Under the pieces are notes generated by a model. The model saw only the letters and a list, made by a program, of their open reading frames with translations. It was not told where the DNA came from and did not search any database. A DNA stretch of 55,962 nt, counting the filler, from Basidiobolus ranarum (Eukaryota), in NCBI GenBank assembly GCA_040143965.1. It is 5 parts of 5 records of this genome, joined end to end, with 100 filler letters (N's around TTAATTAATTAA, not from the genome) between each part and the next. Parts side by side here need not be neighbours in the genome. Positions count along the whole stretch, not along the records: positions 1 to 11,135 come from JASJQH010007510.1; positions 11,236 to 22,363 come from JASJQH010007511.1; 3 more parts are not named here. One strand, given 5' to 3'. Both the position numbers and the translations under genes were made by a program. Of this stretch, positions 1-11,573 are shown in pieces. Within the stretch, counting starts at the first letter, position 1, and every line of letters begins with the position of its first letter.

Positions 1-15
1 CTTTCTTTTTATACT

Positions 16-101
16 GGGAGGACTGCGTCCCCCAGACCCCCTCTTTTCATCCTTACCCTCCCTTACCCTTACCAGAACATCTATACCCTAACCCTAACCC
101 T
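16..101 (+). repeat. GC-rich hairpin followed by a degenerate, then perfect, telomere-like (CCCTTA/CCCTAA)n tract at the contig start
   Basis: GGGAGGAC-TGC-GTCCCCCAGACCCCC (16-41), ccttaccctcccttacccttacc (51-73) and CCCTAACCCTAACCCT (86-101) read directly. Confidence 0.7.
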
Positions 102-1449
102 TCGTTATCCTTGACGTTGTGTCCAAGGTAACTGCAAAGATACGTGAATGCTTTGGTATCCAACGAAACGCCCGACGCATGCACGTAAAGAGTGGTACAC
201 TAATAGCTCGAGATCTGGGGAGTTTCAAGTTGCTATCGTTTTTTAATTCATTTTCAATCGATTCCTTCTCTACCGGATGCAAATTTCCTTGAGTGCAGGT
301 CTTTTCTAAAAGTTCTCGCGTCTCATCCAGAACAAACAGGACCTCCAACGCCATTGAAGATTCAACTGATTGGTCCAACACATTGTCCGACGTTTTAATG
401 GGAAAGGAGTTGATATCGAAATCGCGTGGCCTTTTTGCATGCATCGACTTTGGAAATCGTTGAGACGGCTTTGCCATTTCATCTTTGCTCTTAACTGCCG
501 TTGGTTCTGCTTCTCTTTTCGATTCTTTGCCTGAAACAAATCCCATCCGGGTTTTCATAAAAGTCTCTAGCTCCAGGCTTGTAAGGAACGCTGTGAGGAT
601 ATCTTTGTGATGGATATACCGAGAACGAATCCACTGAGTCAGAGCAGGTTTTACGTGGGTACCATCCGATTCTTCAATTTGAACTCGGAGAAATGTTGCT
701 GGATCAATTTTAAGGTCGACACATGCGGTAACAGCATCAACTGAGGCAGCAATGAACGCTAGAAATGATAGCTGCGCCTCATATTGATCACTATGTTCAT
801 ATGCTGAAAGAGTGTCCGCAATGGGAGAACGTTTTGGATATCCTGTACTTTCAACACTCAGAAAAGAGCAATAGACAACGTATGTTCCTAACTTTGTGAG
901 ACTGCAAAATGTTTTGGATTTTCCGGCACCACTTGTTTGAACAGCAGCTACACCTGGATAATAGTAGTTGTTCGGATTCCAAGAATCACACATATTTGCA
1001 AGTTTTTTGTAAATGTATGGTAACACGTCGTTGGGATCTTCGTAGTTTGCGGACCAAGATTGGATGAGAGCACCCGTGTCAGGCATGATGCGTATATTTT
1101 CGACCAAGGATAAATTATAGTTACGCTTAATATAATGAGATATTATGTCAAATTGATCCCAATTTGTTTCGAACACAGCACTTAATAGCACAGGGTTATT
1201 GTGAAGTATCTTGATCAATTCTTCAGCTTTCATAGGGTCTTTTACGTAGTGTGGTATCCAGTATTTGATTATTACAATCGTTATTGAAGCGATCCTTTCA
1301 GCTGTAATCTCCTTAAAAGACTTCGTATAATTGGGTTGAAAATATCTATCAACTAAGGTATCAAATGGCTCAAGAGGCCTCACTTCACTATCTGTAGTGC
1401 TTGCCGCATTTGATAGTGTGTTGCTTGATGCTCTACTGCTAGGATCCAT
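94..1449 (-). pseudogene. Crinkler/CR-effector-type P-loop NTPase protein, 3'-truncated
   Basis: Walker A AAVQTSGAGKSKT, Walker B LFVLDET and downstream FTCMRRAFR..IFAVTLDTTSRI match the fungal/oomycete QSSGxGKSR NTPase family. First ATG is at 1449 (MDPSS). The ORF stops inside the TTAGGG tract just after DTTSRI, so the usual C-terminal region is missing. Confidence 0.6.
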
Positions 1450-3157
1450 TGATAGAAAAAATGCGGAAATAGCAAGCCCTAGAACACCATTGCATATGAA
1501 AATCGAATTTATCACAAGGGTTACATAACCCTGGTAAATCAGATTCCTGGAAAAAGACGGCGATATCTCAACTTAGTTACTTTTGGATATACTAGGTGGC
1601 TTAGCTATTTAAGTTTAAAGCCAATTATAACAGATTCTCTGTTCGTACTGTCTACTGTACGATGTTTTCAAACGTAAGACGAACAAGGCTGGATATGTGG
1701 TATTGCTTCATTCAAAACGATCGAAAATTAGGATGATTAAGAGGATTAGGGGGTAGAACTCGATGCTTCAAATAGTTAGAATTAGCTTACATATATTATA
1801 AATCATCGACATATAATGACAGTACATATAAAGCTTAGGTGGAATAATATCACTATGGTTCAAATTATTACTCAGCAAGGTAGATTACTTCTTTGAAGAT
1901 GCCATGAATTTCAAAACTAATCATTGAGATTAATGTATTGTTTATTGAATATTTAATAGCCCTAACCCTGCTCTAACGACAAATGTGATTGTTTCTAACA
2001 AAACCCAAGGAGATTAGCCACCATGAGCTTAGCCGAAGTTAGCCGGTATCACGTGTATCTGGATTCGATTTTTCACCAAGGATAAAAGCAGCAACATAAT
2101 GTGTATTGTTCGTTTGCAATTTTGGTCCAAAGTATAATCATAATAGTATAAAGAAGAGTAATTGGTAAAGTTAAAAGCAGGCTTTCTTAGACATGTGCAA
2201 TTGTTTTACAACTGTCGCCTCATATCAACATTGCTTTCATAGAAAGGATTATTGTCATATCTATTTCTGGCTTACTATTCAAATATATACATATACTTTA
2301 GCATGAGAAACTTATTAGGGAAATCTATTCAAATACACTATAATCTCATATATAATAAATAGGATTAGGGTTAAGGCTAACATTTATTGGGCCATATATA
2401 GAGTATACAACAGATGTTTCATGATACTATATATTAAATACCAGTACTGTACCATGGGGTTCTTCTCTATCAATCCAAAAACACCTACAAATGAAGATTA
2501 GTAGAGGAGTCAATCCAAAAAATGTGTATTTCACCAGTGTAAGGGTGTCAATTGTACTATAGTGTAAAATACATCAAAAAGTATGCCATTATAGTAAAGA
2601 CACCAGTATTTATTTTTACAGTGTTATTTTCAAGCTTGGTAGAGCAAGCAGAAAATTTCTTTATTTTGAGGCTGTAAAGTTGCTTTAATTTAACCAGTCT
2701 ATATAGGAAAATGAATAACTGTAGCATCCACAACTTCACATCGTCCGTGAGAAGTTTGGAATTTGAAATTCATAGTCTATATCATTTAAACAACTCGTTG
2801 GTAAATCAATCCTGCTTATGCTTGTCACACGATTCATATCACACGATTGGTAACAGTATCGGGATGAATACCTGAAAATCAAAACTCAGATATGTACGAG
2901 TCTGAAACCGACATCAATGCTAGTATAATATGGACTATTTAATATTTAGGATTTTGTTAGAGAATACAGTAGAGGCATGAGGGTAGGTTACATGTTGTGA
3001 GCAAACAAATAAAGGGAAGATATGTACAAGTTAAGATAATGACTCCAGTTCGATGTTGCAATGGTGCTAAAGAAGAAATATTGGAAAATGAAAAAGAGTC
3101 ACTTTACGACTCATCGATATTTACATGAACGTTGGATTCATCCTAACTCAGTAAGTC

Positions 3158-3611
3158 TTAACGACAACATTCGAGATACTGGGTTCGTTTGATCGGCTTA
3201 ATAGAATTGAAACGACGAGTGAACTGTGGACTCGCTTTAGCCATAACTGAGTCTAAATTTCCATGATATTCTAATATCATTTTTTTCACCACCTGTTCAC
3301 AATGAGAGATAGCAACAGGATTATCAACCTTTGCAACTGTAGCTCGCGAGATCTAAGAAGAGTTTTTGTTAGTCATGTGCAAATGAACGGAAGTATATTA
3401 GGTAGAGAAGAAAGTTTACCATATAACCACTGCTGTTGATTTCCATACGAACATGTACACCTTCCAGCAGAGTGAATTCGAAGATACACCAGGGAAGATA
3501 TGGATCAACTTGGTGTCTCATAACCAATATTTCCAAAGAACTTTCCTCAATACCGAACTGCAACCCACGTAGAGCAGCAACTACCTCCTCGCGGCTGTTA
3601 GTAGACTTCAT
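3158..3611 (-). CDS. GSKIP (DUF727)-like domain protein, 2 exons (3611-3420, 3352-3158)
   Basis: Spliced with GTAAAC...CTTAG. Contains FTLLEGVHVRMEINSSGY and LDSVMAKASPQFTRRF, resembling the GSKIP motifs TLEG..i.ls..Gy and L...SP.y...F. Confidence 0.65.
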
Positions 3612-6249
3612 AATAATTACGTTTGTTTCAGGTAAAACTGATAAAAGCAAATGTTTTTGGATTATAATAGGCAGTAGAGTTCAGAGTATAAATAGAATTG
3701 GAGTATAAGACAAGAGACTTGCGGGGAAGATAAGTAAGCGAGACTGAGATTGATGATGAGTTACCCGAAGACTATTGTGATTATATACTTAACAGTCATA
3801 CTAGTCACATCGGGTGATGAATTCACTCCATACACTAAACACTTCAAAAATCAGTGCTTAGGTCCTCACCCCCTAATCATCTGCGACCTATCCCAACAGC
3901 AACCAGTTTTTTCTTCTTTCGGCTCATGTGTCTATATATGTGTGGGTCAAATCGATTCAACAGGTTGAGTCAAGTGATTTGATGCGACTAGTTTCAAGAA
4001 GGTGTACTTTCGTTGTACTACTCGAGTGATTTGTTAACATTGATGACTCTACTCCATCGTAGTACTCGACAACCCTAACCCTATTTTCACATACATACGT
4101 AGTTGATTTTACCTCTATTCCGGGTTGATCCTCAACAATATCTCGTGCAGTGGGATGCGAGTGCAAATGCGGGTACGGGTGATTACCAATTTCGGACTGA
4201 ATAGAAGTAATTGATTCCACAGACAGGTCTTCAGCAAGTAATCCACTGGTAATCATAGATTCTTGATTTCTTTCAGCCTGAAGCTCGTGTACATATTATG
4301 TTTCAAATACAACTTAAAAGCTTCAAAGCCACTATCAGCGAGCAACACAGCCATCATAACGGTTAGTAGCACCCAGTCAATTTAGTTCCACCTGATTGAT
4401 GTTTTTGTTGCGTATCACTGCAACACGTATCAATGAACCCCAGATTCCATGACATCTGATGATGATGCTTTACTTGGATTTCCAAGACTAGCCAATGGGC
4501 TTATTTGCCAGTATTTGGATAAGTATTAATCATTTGACTAATCCCCCACCACGTGAGCTATAACGACTTTTAAACCTAACCCTTCCCAGTATATGGTTAG
4601 CATAAAGAAGGTTGCCAATTAGTCAATTAGTATTACCGCAGCGTCGCTTTCAATCGTATTTACACTATCTCACTCACTCTCACTCTCATGCTCATGCTCA
4701 TTCTACTTCTATATCTGCACTCTGTTGGTTACACATTCAGCGATACTTCTGAGCATTTGCTCTATTTCAATCACATAATTCAATATCTTTCGGCTCTATT
4801 TATCCGAGCCGAGCAATGGGTGAAATCATAATCTTGATAAGGTGGGCTATCACTTGTAAGCAAAATATTGAAGTACTCTAGATTGAGTGATAATTTATGA
4901 CACACAGCTATGCTCAGTATGACATTCCTTCTTAATTAATAAAATCCCTGACTCTCATTTAAAACAAACTTTGGATTCTTAACCTATAGTAAACATCAGT
5001 GGGCGTGAGGAGTTAAACCAGAAGTTGTGTATTCACAATGGAAAACTTTACTCGGGTGAAAGACCAGTAGGTAGGAGGCCATAACGGAGCAGAAATTTAA
5101 GATATATATCAGGGATTTATTGCAAGATATTTGATACATAATAAAGAGCAAATTCACTCTTCTTAAATTGAAAGTACTCAGAAGATGTAGAAGAAGCATT
5201 GGAGATAAATGGGCATATTTGCATGTCTTGGTTGTTAGACTTGATAAACATTAATAACAGTAAAATAAACCAAAGCGTTGTGTATTTTATTTAAAGAATG
5301 TTTACTAGCTTTTATTTCAAGAACGTTTGTTATCTCTAATCAAACCACAAATTGAAAAAAAAATTAGTTAAAGGTTAAAGCATCAAAGCGTGCTGTTATC
5401 TTGATGCTGCTTAATTACTAATAATCAGATGGTACTTTTACCAAATATCCCATAGATTTGGGGCATATTCAGAATGGGGTAGGAAGAGAAGTCTAGAATG
5501 AATCCATATTAATTTATTCCATCGCAGATAAAGTCACAGTGCCAGATTTACACTAGTTGCTGAATAATTGAATGATGTCTCAGTTGCTCGTGATTCTAAA
5601 TCCAGCATGCTGGTGGCTTTGAAATGGCTAGATCGAGTCCTAACACCAGTCAATGTAGTATAAGCTGTGAACCGACTTGGACTAGAACGCACGATTTATT
5701 TATTTAGAAAATTTATATACCAAGTGTTACTTAGTCTATACATTTTTTCGTGATAATAATTTTATATTCCATTAAACCTAGCACAGCTTACAAATTGCTT
5801 AGTTCCCACACACTCCATTCGCTCAAGTAAACGCACGAAATTGGGAAATCCATAGAATGCTTTTATACATATAGCATCCCGCTCCATGTATTCGCCCACC
5901 CTTATTATCACTTGGTTCTAGTACGCTCTTTTCCGCGCCCTCCCGTATTCCTCACTAACTCCCTCATCCTTTCCTTCTTTGAGCTATCTAATTTCCAAGA
6001 ATAGCCACAAAGTAGAAAAGAGCTCTTTACCCCAGGATTAGATCTATTGTCGATGATTTACTTGTGAGATGATTGTTTGAAAATCACTTACATCACTAGA
6101 CTATTTAAAAGCTATTAATTTGACCAATTCCATTATCTTGAACAATCCACTTTTTTATCACACTTACCAAAAGTAACATCTGTTGGATCTCATCACTTTA
6201 AATACGTTCATCGCTGCCCATTTATACCTAAACATTCCCTTAATCTTTC

Positions 6250-8643
6250 ATGTCTTTGTACGGATTGCAAAGGTACTCCTCTCGCAATGGCAAAGGACCA
6301 GGATTCGGAACAAGTATCGGCGTAGGAATATTAGGTAGGGCCAATGCCTCCAATTTTGTGGGACAGAAGATTACTCGTTATGCTGCATTGATACGTGAAG
6401 GTGCATTCTATCTATGTTTCAAAAATGGGCGGTATCTTATCACACAGAAGCCTCATTGGTGTACATGCAAGAACGAACGAAAGTATTGCGCATGTAGCCA
6501 GCAAACTCTATCTAGTTCAGCTCAGGTTCCTTTGAAAGAGCAGGAAGTACAAGCCAGACTGTGTCGGAAGATAGAAGAAGACATGGATCCAGTACAGCTA
6601 TCTATGAACCGGTTGTTTGTAGAGGGAGATGATAGGGTTTTTCAAGAGGACGAATTTCTTATTCTACAATTGGACAGGAGCAAGTTGCCAAGAACACATA
6701 TTATTCCTCAAAACATCCCCCTACCGGACGATGGTTTTTCAGCTTATACCTCGGATGATGAGTCAGATAATACTGAAACTTCGAACGAGCCCACTTTCAT
6801 GGTCCTTCCTTTGAACAATGCTGATACACCGTCTACCGAAGATGTTGAAAGTCAACCTATAAATACTATATCGGAGAGCCTCCTTCAAACCAACCAAGAG
6901 ACTAATCAAACCCAAGATCCAATCGGTATTACTCTACCTGATGTCTCTGAAGCCCATTTTGAGAATGAGCCTAAACCCGCTCATGTAGCGGTTAAACTCT
7001 TCACTGGAACTCTTCATACAGAAGAGAATACCAATCCACTGAGTGAAGAAATTTCACAGCCCACGGTTGTTGAGGAGCAAGACAATAATCAGAGTGGCTT
7101 TGACTCCACCCATGTAGCGATTAAGCTCTTCACTGGAGTCCCTCACACAGAAGAGAATGTGGAAGATTCCAATCGATTTATTGAAAAGACTATACAGCCT
7201 ATGGTTGTTGAAGAGTCAGACAGTAACTCGAATGAGTCCAACCCCACTCCTGTAGCAATCAAACTTTTCACTGGAATCCCTCACGCAGATAAAGATGAAG
7301 AGAGCTCCAATCAATTGTGTGAGAAGAGTCTGCATTCTATGGTTGTTGAGAAGAAAGACGATAACCAGGATGAGCCTGAACCCAACCATGTAGCGATTAA
7401 ACTCTTCACTGGAGTCCCTCACACAGAAGAGAATGTAGAGGATTCTAATCCATTTATTGAAAATACTATACAGCCTATGGTTGTTGAGGAGACAGACAGT
7501 AACTCGAATGAGGTCAACTCCACTCATGTAGCAATCAAACTTTTCACTGGAGTCCCTCACATAGAAGAGAATGTAGAGGATTCTAATCCATTTGTTGAAA
7601 AGACTCTACACTCTATGATTGTTGAAGAGACAGACAGTAACGAGAATAAGCCTGAGCCTGCTCACATGGCAATTCAACTTTTCACTGGAACCCCTCGCAC
7701 AGAAGAAAATTTAAAGAACTCCAATCAACTGAGTGAAGAAATTCTACACTCAATGATGATTGAGCAAATTAGTAACCAGAATCCAATCGATCCTGTAGAG
7801 GACAATAGCGATTCTCAGTCAGTCAAGTCTCCCGTTGAAGCTAGTTTTGAGTCAACTCTAGCAAAAGATGGGGAGACAAAGGAGGCTGACTTATCGGTAG
7901 CCTTTTCGTTAGAATTAGGGTCGGATGTTCTAGAGGGAAACAGAGCACTTGAGCATATGGTTCTTGAGTCGACTTTTTCCAACGAGGAGATAAATAGTTT
8001 ATCAGATTCGGGCTACTTGGAAGCTTCATCGAAGAATCATCACTTGGAAGCTTCATCGAAGAATCATCACTTGGAATCTTCTGAAGATAAATCTCTTCCA
8101 TCGATTGCTGAAGAGACTAAAGAGGAACCATTGGGAGGTGAAAAATGTTCTACCCCAACTACACCTCCAACTACACCTTTTAGAAGCATTAATAGCAGCA
8201 CCCGCACCGTTGAAAGCCTTCAGTCAGTAAGCCAACCAACAACACCACGCAGCCGTCACCATTCCAACAACTCTCAGACTAGCAAGAATAGCGTTAGATC
8301 TCTAACCTCGAGCATTTACTCCAAGCTTAAAACTAGCAAATCTCTAGATCTACTCCATACTCCAGTATCTGAGGCTTCAAGTTCATCCTCCAAAAAGAAA
8401 AAGGGATTAATGAATTCCTTAAAAAGGCCAGTGAGAAATCTTACTCGGAGTGCCACTGAACTATTCCATCTTAGCCCAAAGCAGCTATCAATCACCCACA
8501 GTCCAATCACCACTCCAGTCGAATCACCATCCACACCAATTGACGCACCAGTTGAGCAAGGAAATCTCACGCCCACTAAGAAGAAGAAAGGAATATTAAG
8601 TAGCACGAAGAAATTCTTTCGTAAACATTCAACCTCTACGTAA
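6250..8643 (+). CDS. Orphan 797-aa protein: N-terminal Cys cluster, six ~46-aa acidic repeats, S/T-P-rich basic C-terminus
   Basis: Long intronless ORF. Repeat core HVAIKLFTGxPHTEEN at 6982, 7111, 7249, 7387, 7525 and 7663. Confidence 0.8.
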   Translation: MSLYGLQRYSSRNGKGPGFGTSIGVGILGRANASNFVGQKITRYAALIREGAFYLCFKNGRYLITQKPHWCTCKNERKYCACSQQTLSSSAQVPLKEQEVQARLCRKIEEDMDPVQLSMNRLFVEGDDRVFQEDEFLILQLDRSKLPRTHIIPQNIPLPDDGFSAYTSDDESDNTETSNEPTFMVLPLNNADTPSTEDVESQPINTISESLLQTNQETNQTQDPIGITLPDVSEAHFENEPKPAHVAVKLFTGTLHTEENTNPLSEEISQPTVVEEQDNNQSGFDSTHVAIKLFTGVPHTEENVEDSNRFIEKTIQPMVVEESDSNSNESNPTPVAIKLFTGIPHADKDEESSNQLCEKSLHSMVVEKKDDNQDEPEPNHVAIKLFTGVPHTEENVEDSNPFIENTIQPMVVEETDSNSNEVNSTHVAIKLFTGVPHIEENVEDSNPFVEKTLHSMIVEETDSNENKPEPAHMAIQLFTGTPRTEENLKNSNQLSEEILHSMMIEQISNQNPIDPVEDNSDSQSVKSPVEASFESTLAKDGETKEADLSVAFSLELGSDVLEGNRALEHMVLESTFSNEEINSLSDSGYLEASSKNHHLEASSKNHHLESSEDKSLPSIAEETKEEPLGGEKCSTPTTPPTTPFRSINSSTRTVESLQSVSQPTTPRSRHHSNNSQTSKNSVRSLTSSIYSKLKTSKSLDLLHTPVSEASSSSSKKKKGLMNSLKRPVRNLTRSATELFHLSPKQLSITHSPITTPVESPSTPIDAPVEQGNLTPTKKKKGILSSTKKFFRKHSTST

Positions 8644-8912
8644 GGTTGAAATCTCTTCTCTTACCACTATGTGATCGCCATGTAAAATCCTTTCCTTTCC
8701 AGTTTTGATTACGAACTTTCTTCGTAGCCACCGCTTTTCCATTTCATTTCAATCCTATATACCCTTTAAATACTGTTATTGTAACCATTTCAATTACTTC
8801 CCAATAAAATATGTAAATTTGCCAAGTAGCTTTGCCAAGTAGCCTTCAACGATTTTATTTACATCAATTTAGAATGACTGATCCTTTCTATGAGTATATA
8901 TAACATTTAGGC

Positions 8913-9599
8913 TTAGATATTACGAGTTGAAGTTGGGTTATAATGAGGATTTGCACTGTTAGTCTCAACACCCGCTTGATTGACAGCTCCTGTAGTGTTG
9001 GACTGTAACTGACCATGTTGACGTTGTGCCTCACCTCTGACTTCAAGAGATGGATTGTTCGTAGCATTTCCTACTTTTTCTTTCATCCCTCCAGCCAGTT
9101 GGTCTTTCTTTCCGGAAGTGGTTGATGATCCGGCCGTATGGTGAGACTCTGAGGTCAAAGGGTGTTGCTCTCCACCAACAGGATTACCAACACCAGGCAT
9201 TCCAGTGCCAGCAGCATATGTGGGAACATGAGCATTAGCGGCTGCTTGGTGACCATCAGCATATTGGGAAGTGTTATTCACATCAGTTCCAGTGTGATGA
9301 TTATTGTTTGAACTATGCAGTTGACCGGCAGTATGTGTTGAATTTCCTTGATGGCGTTCCACCCTGCCATCAGCCGTGAGACCTGGATTATGTGTAACTT
9401 CACCGATGTTCTCTTTAGTAGCACCTTTAGCGGAGTGAACATTTCCAGAGTTCTTTTCTTCAGCGGCGATTTTTTGCTCTTGGGCTTGAAGTTGTTTTTG
9501 CTCTCCCTTAGCCATTAAGCTTTCACTGTTAAAGACTTTTCCAAGACCTTCTTGGATATTACCAGTGGTATTTTTTACGGATGCGGAAATTTTGGACAT
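8913..9599 (-). CDS. CsbD-like/LEA-like hydrophilic stress protein with three CsbD-type repeats
   Basis: Three G..kE..G.....sL...G..q..qG segments (GNIQEGLGKVFNSESLMAKG, GATKENIGEVTHNPGLTADG, GGMKEKVGNATNNPSLEVRG). Confidence 0.8.
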   Translation of the reverse strand: MSKISASVKNTTGNIQEGLGKVFNSESLMAKGEQKQLQAQEQKIAAEEKNSGNVHSAKGATKENIGEVTHNPGLTADGRVERHQGNSTHTAGQLHSSNNNHHTGTDVNNTSQYADGHQAAANAHVPTYAAGTGMPGVGNPVGGEQHPLTSESHHTAGSSTTSGKKDQLAGGMKEKVGNATNNPSLEVRGEAQRQHGQLQSNTTGAVNQAGVETNSANPHYNPTSTRNI

Positions 9600-10120
9600 A
9601 TTAGTAATGATTGTGTTAATTGCTCTACATACTTTTCGATTTCTTTTAAAGAAAAACAGAGTTACTGGCTCTTACGCTCAATGATGTAAATATCACCCAG
9701 ATCAAATGAATATGAGGTAATCTTTTTTGGATATATACCATTCGATTTATCTTTAATCCGTTTGATTGGTTCATTTGGATATTTGCTTTTACTATTGAGC
9801 GAAATGTTAGCATCCCTAACCCTAAAGCTGGTTATGTTCAACTTTCGAGGTCGAAGTATGATACTATATGACAACTACTTGCATCACTTACATCATTTAC
9901 TTCTACTTCAATCTTCACTACTACATGGGACCAGTGCCATGGATTACTTTACGTGTGCTACAGTCATCACTTTAAGCTACAATGACCAAACTGCGTCTAC
10001 CGTATAATAAGCCTTGATGTATCTCCAACTCAATTACTATTATACCTTTTCATCAGCAAAAATCCATATTAGAGTGAAATTTTATACTATCTAAATCGCG
10101 TCAAAGTCAGAAGGTTCAGT

Positions 10121-10173
10121 ATTGATATATCGGAGGAATTGATATATCGGAGGAATTGATATATCGGAGGAAT
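10121..10173. repeat. 17-bp tandem repeat x3
   Basis: ATTGATATATCGGAGGA three times, perfect. Confidence 0.95.
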
Positions 10174-10831
10174 CTAGAGACTGTATTGAATAGATTAATG
10201 TAATGAGATCTGTTGATACATTTATGTCAGAGCGTACGGTTACAGGTGGATTATTGTAAGCAGTAGTAGTGCAGTGGGAGTACCTGACTTGAAATAATCA
10301 TAAAACGCTCCAAAGGGAAGCCAGTATTTCGTCACGATACTCCCTTGTTTGTTTTACCATTAAGAAGCTTGATTGTGTACTCTCTAATTGTCATTCTTTG
10401 GACTGGCCTAGTCGGATCACGGGAGCAGTTATGTGAGAAATTCTAGTGGCTGTGTAACATTTTTCTGGCTGAAGTTGAGAATGTCATGTGCTTCACTTTA
10501 TTACTAAATTTATTAGAATTGGTGATTCTCAAGACTCGAGCCTATTTGGATGTTTGACATGCTTGAGAGCCTGTTGCTAATACTATAGATATTTTTGTTA
10601 CTTCATTCTTTAACATGTTGCTTGTTCATTAATATTTAATGGATGCTACCTAAACTTGCCTCACCTCCAGTAACAATTTTCCATTACACTTACCTGAGTC
10701 AAGCACTCTTGTAGATCGGTTCATATAGGCCAGGTTATTCAAATTCAACAAATATTATACAAGCAATCGACTGAGATATTCTGTGACAAGATTAATTTGT
10801 TCGGTGTAGATAAAGCGTTGTATAACCATCC

Positions 10832-11135
10832 ATATTCTTTTCTTCGATAACAATCAAGTAACCAATATTCTTTTCTTTTCTTCGATAACAATCAAGTAAC
10901 CAATATTCTTTTCTTTTCTTCGATAACAATCAAGTAACCAATATTCTTTTCTTTTCTTCGATAACAATCAAGTAACCAATATTCTTTTCTTTTCTTCGAT
11001 AACAATCAAGTAACCAATATTCTTTTCTTTTCTTCGATAACAATCAAGTAACCAATATTCTTTTCTTTTCTTCGATAACAATCAAGTAACCAATATTCTT
11101 TTCTTTTCTTCGATAACAATCAAGTAACCAATATT
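10832..11135. repeat. 38-bp minisatellite, about 8 copies, running into the contig end
   Basis: Unit TTCGATAACAATCAAGTAACCAATATTCTTTTCTTTTC starts at 10843, 10881, ... 11109. Confidence 0.97.
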
Positions 11136-11235
11136 NNNNNNNNNNNNNNNNNNNNNNNNNNNNNNNNNNNNNNNNNNNNTTAATTAATTAANNNNNNNNN
11201 NNNNNNNNNNNNNNNNNNNNNNNNNNNNNNNNNNN
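11136..11235. other. Artificial contig linker
   Basis: N44-TTAATTAATTAA-N44 (stops in all six frames). Confidence 0.98.
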
Positions 11236-11458
11236 CTAACAAAAATAAAATTGCCAGATATTGAATAACGCATGCCAATTTGAGGATCAATATTTTAACA
11301 TGTATGAATACCTTCAGAATACCATCAAGAAACAGCCATCACACCATCAAATTCCCTGGCAGAGTGTAAGCTACCAATATTGTGATGGCTCTCTGATGGC
11401 TTTGCTCTTTTGAAGGTTGGATCCAATCTGGATCAAATCAATTTTATTTTTGTTAGGG
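11236..11458. mobile_element. MITE with 20-bp TIRs CCCTAACAAAAATAAAATTG (probably CMC/CACTA-type)
   Basis: Left TIR lacks its first 2 nt at the contig start. Right TIR CAATTTTATTTTTGTTAGGG ends at 11458. Internal CCATCA/TGATGG repeats. Confidence 0.8.
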
Positions 11459-11573
11459 ATAACCACCCGGTAAATTGTTTGTGGCTGCATCATTACCAGA
11501 GTTAGTTTCCAGCATGTTAATGCCTTCCAAAGTAGATAGTAGATTGCTAGACTGCTTGTTGATTAAGTCCTCT

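Noticed and set aside
3957..4500. 99-aa ORF plus upstream frame-broken coding-like sequence
   Set aside because: No recognisable domain, and stops upstream. It may be a pseudogene but I cannot support it.
4942..5118. 10-bp inverted repeat AAATCCCTGA/TCAGGGATTT as MITE ends
   Set aside because: Short, single copy, no convincing TSD; compatible with chance
10832..11135. Possible CRISPR array or novel telomeric repeat
   Set aside because: Units are contiguous with no spacers. The strand is not G-rich, and TTAGGG-type motifs occur elsewhere in the window.
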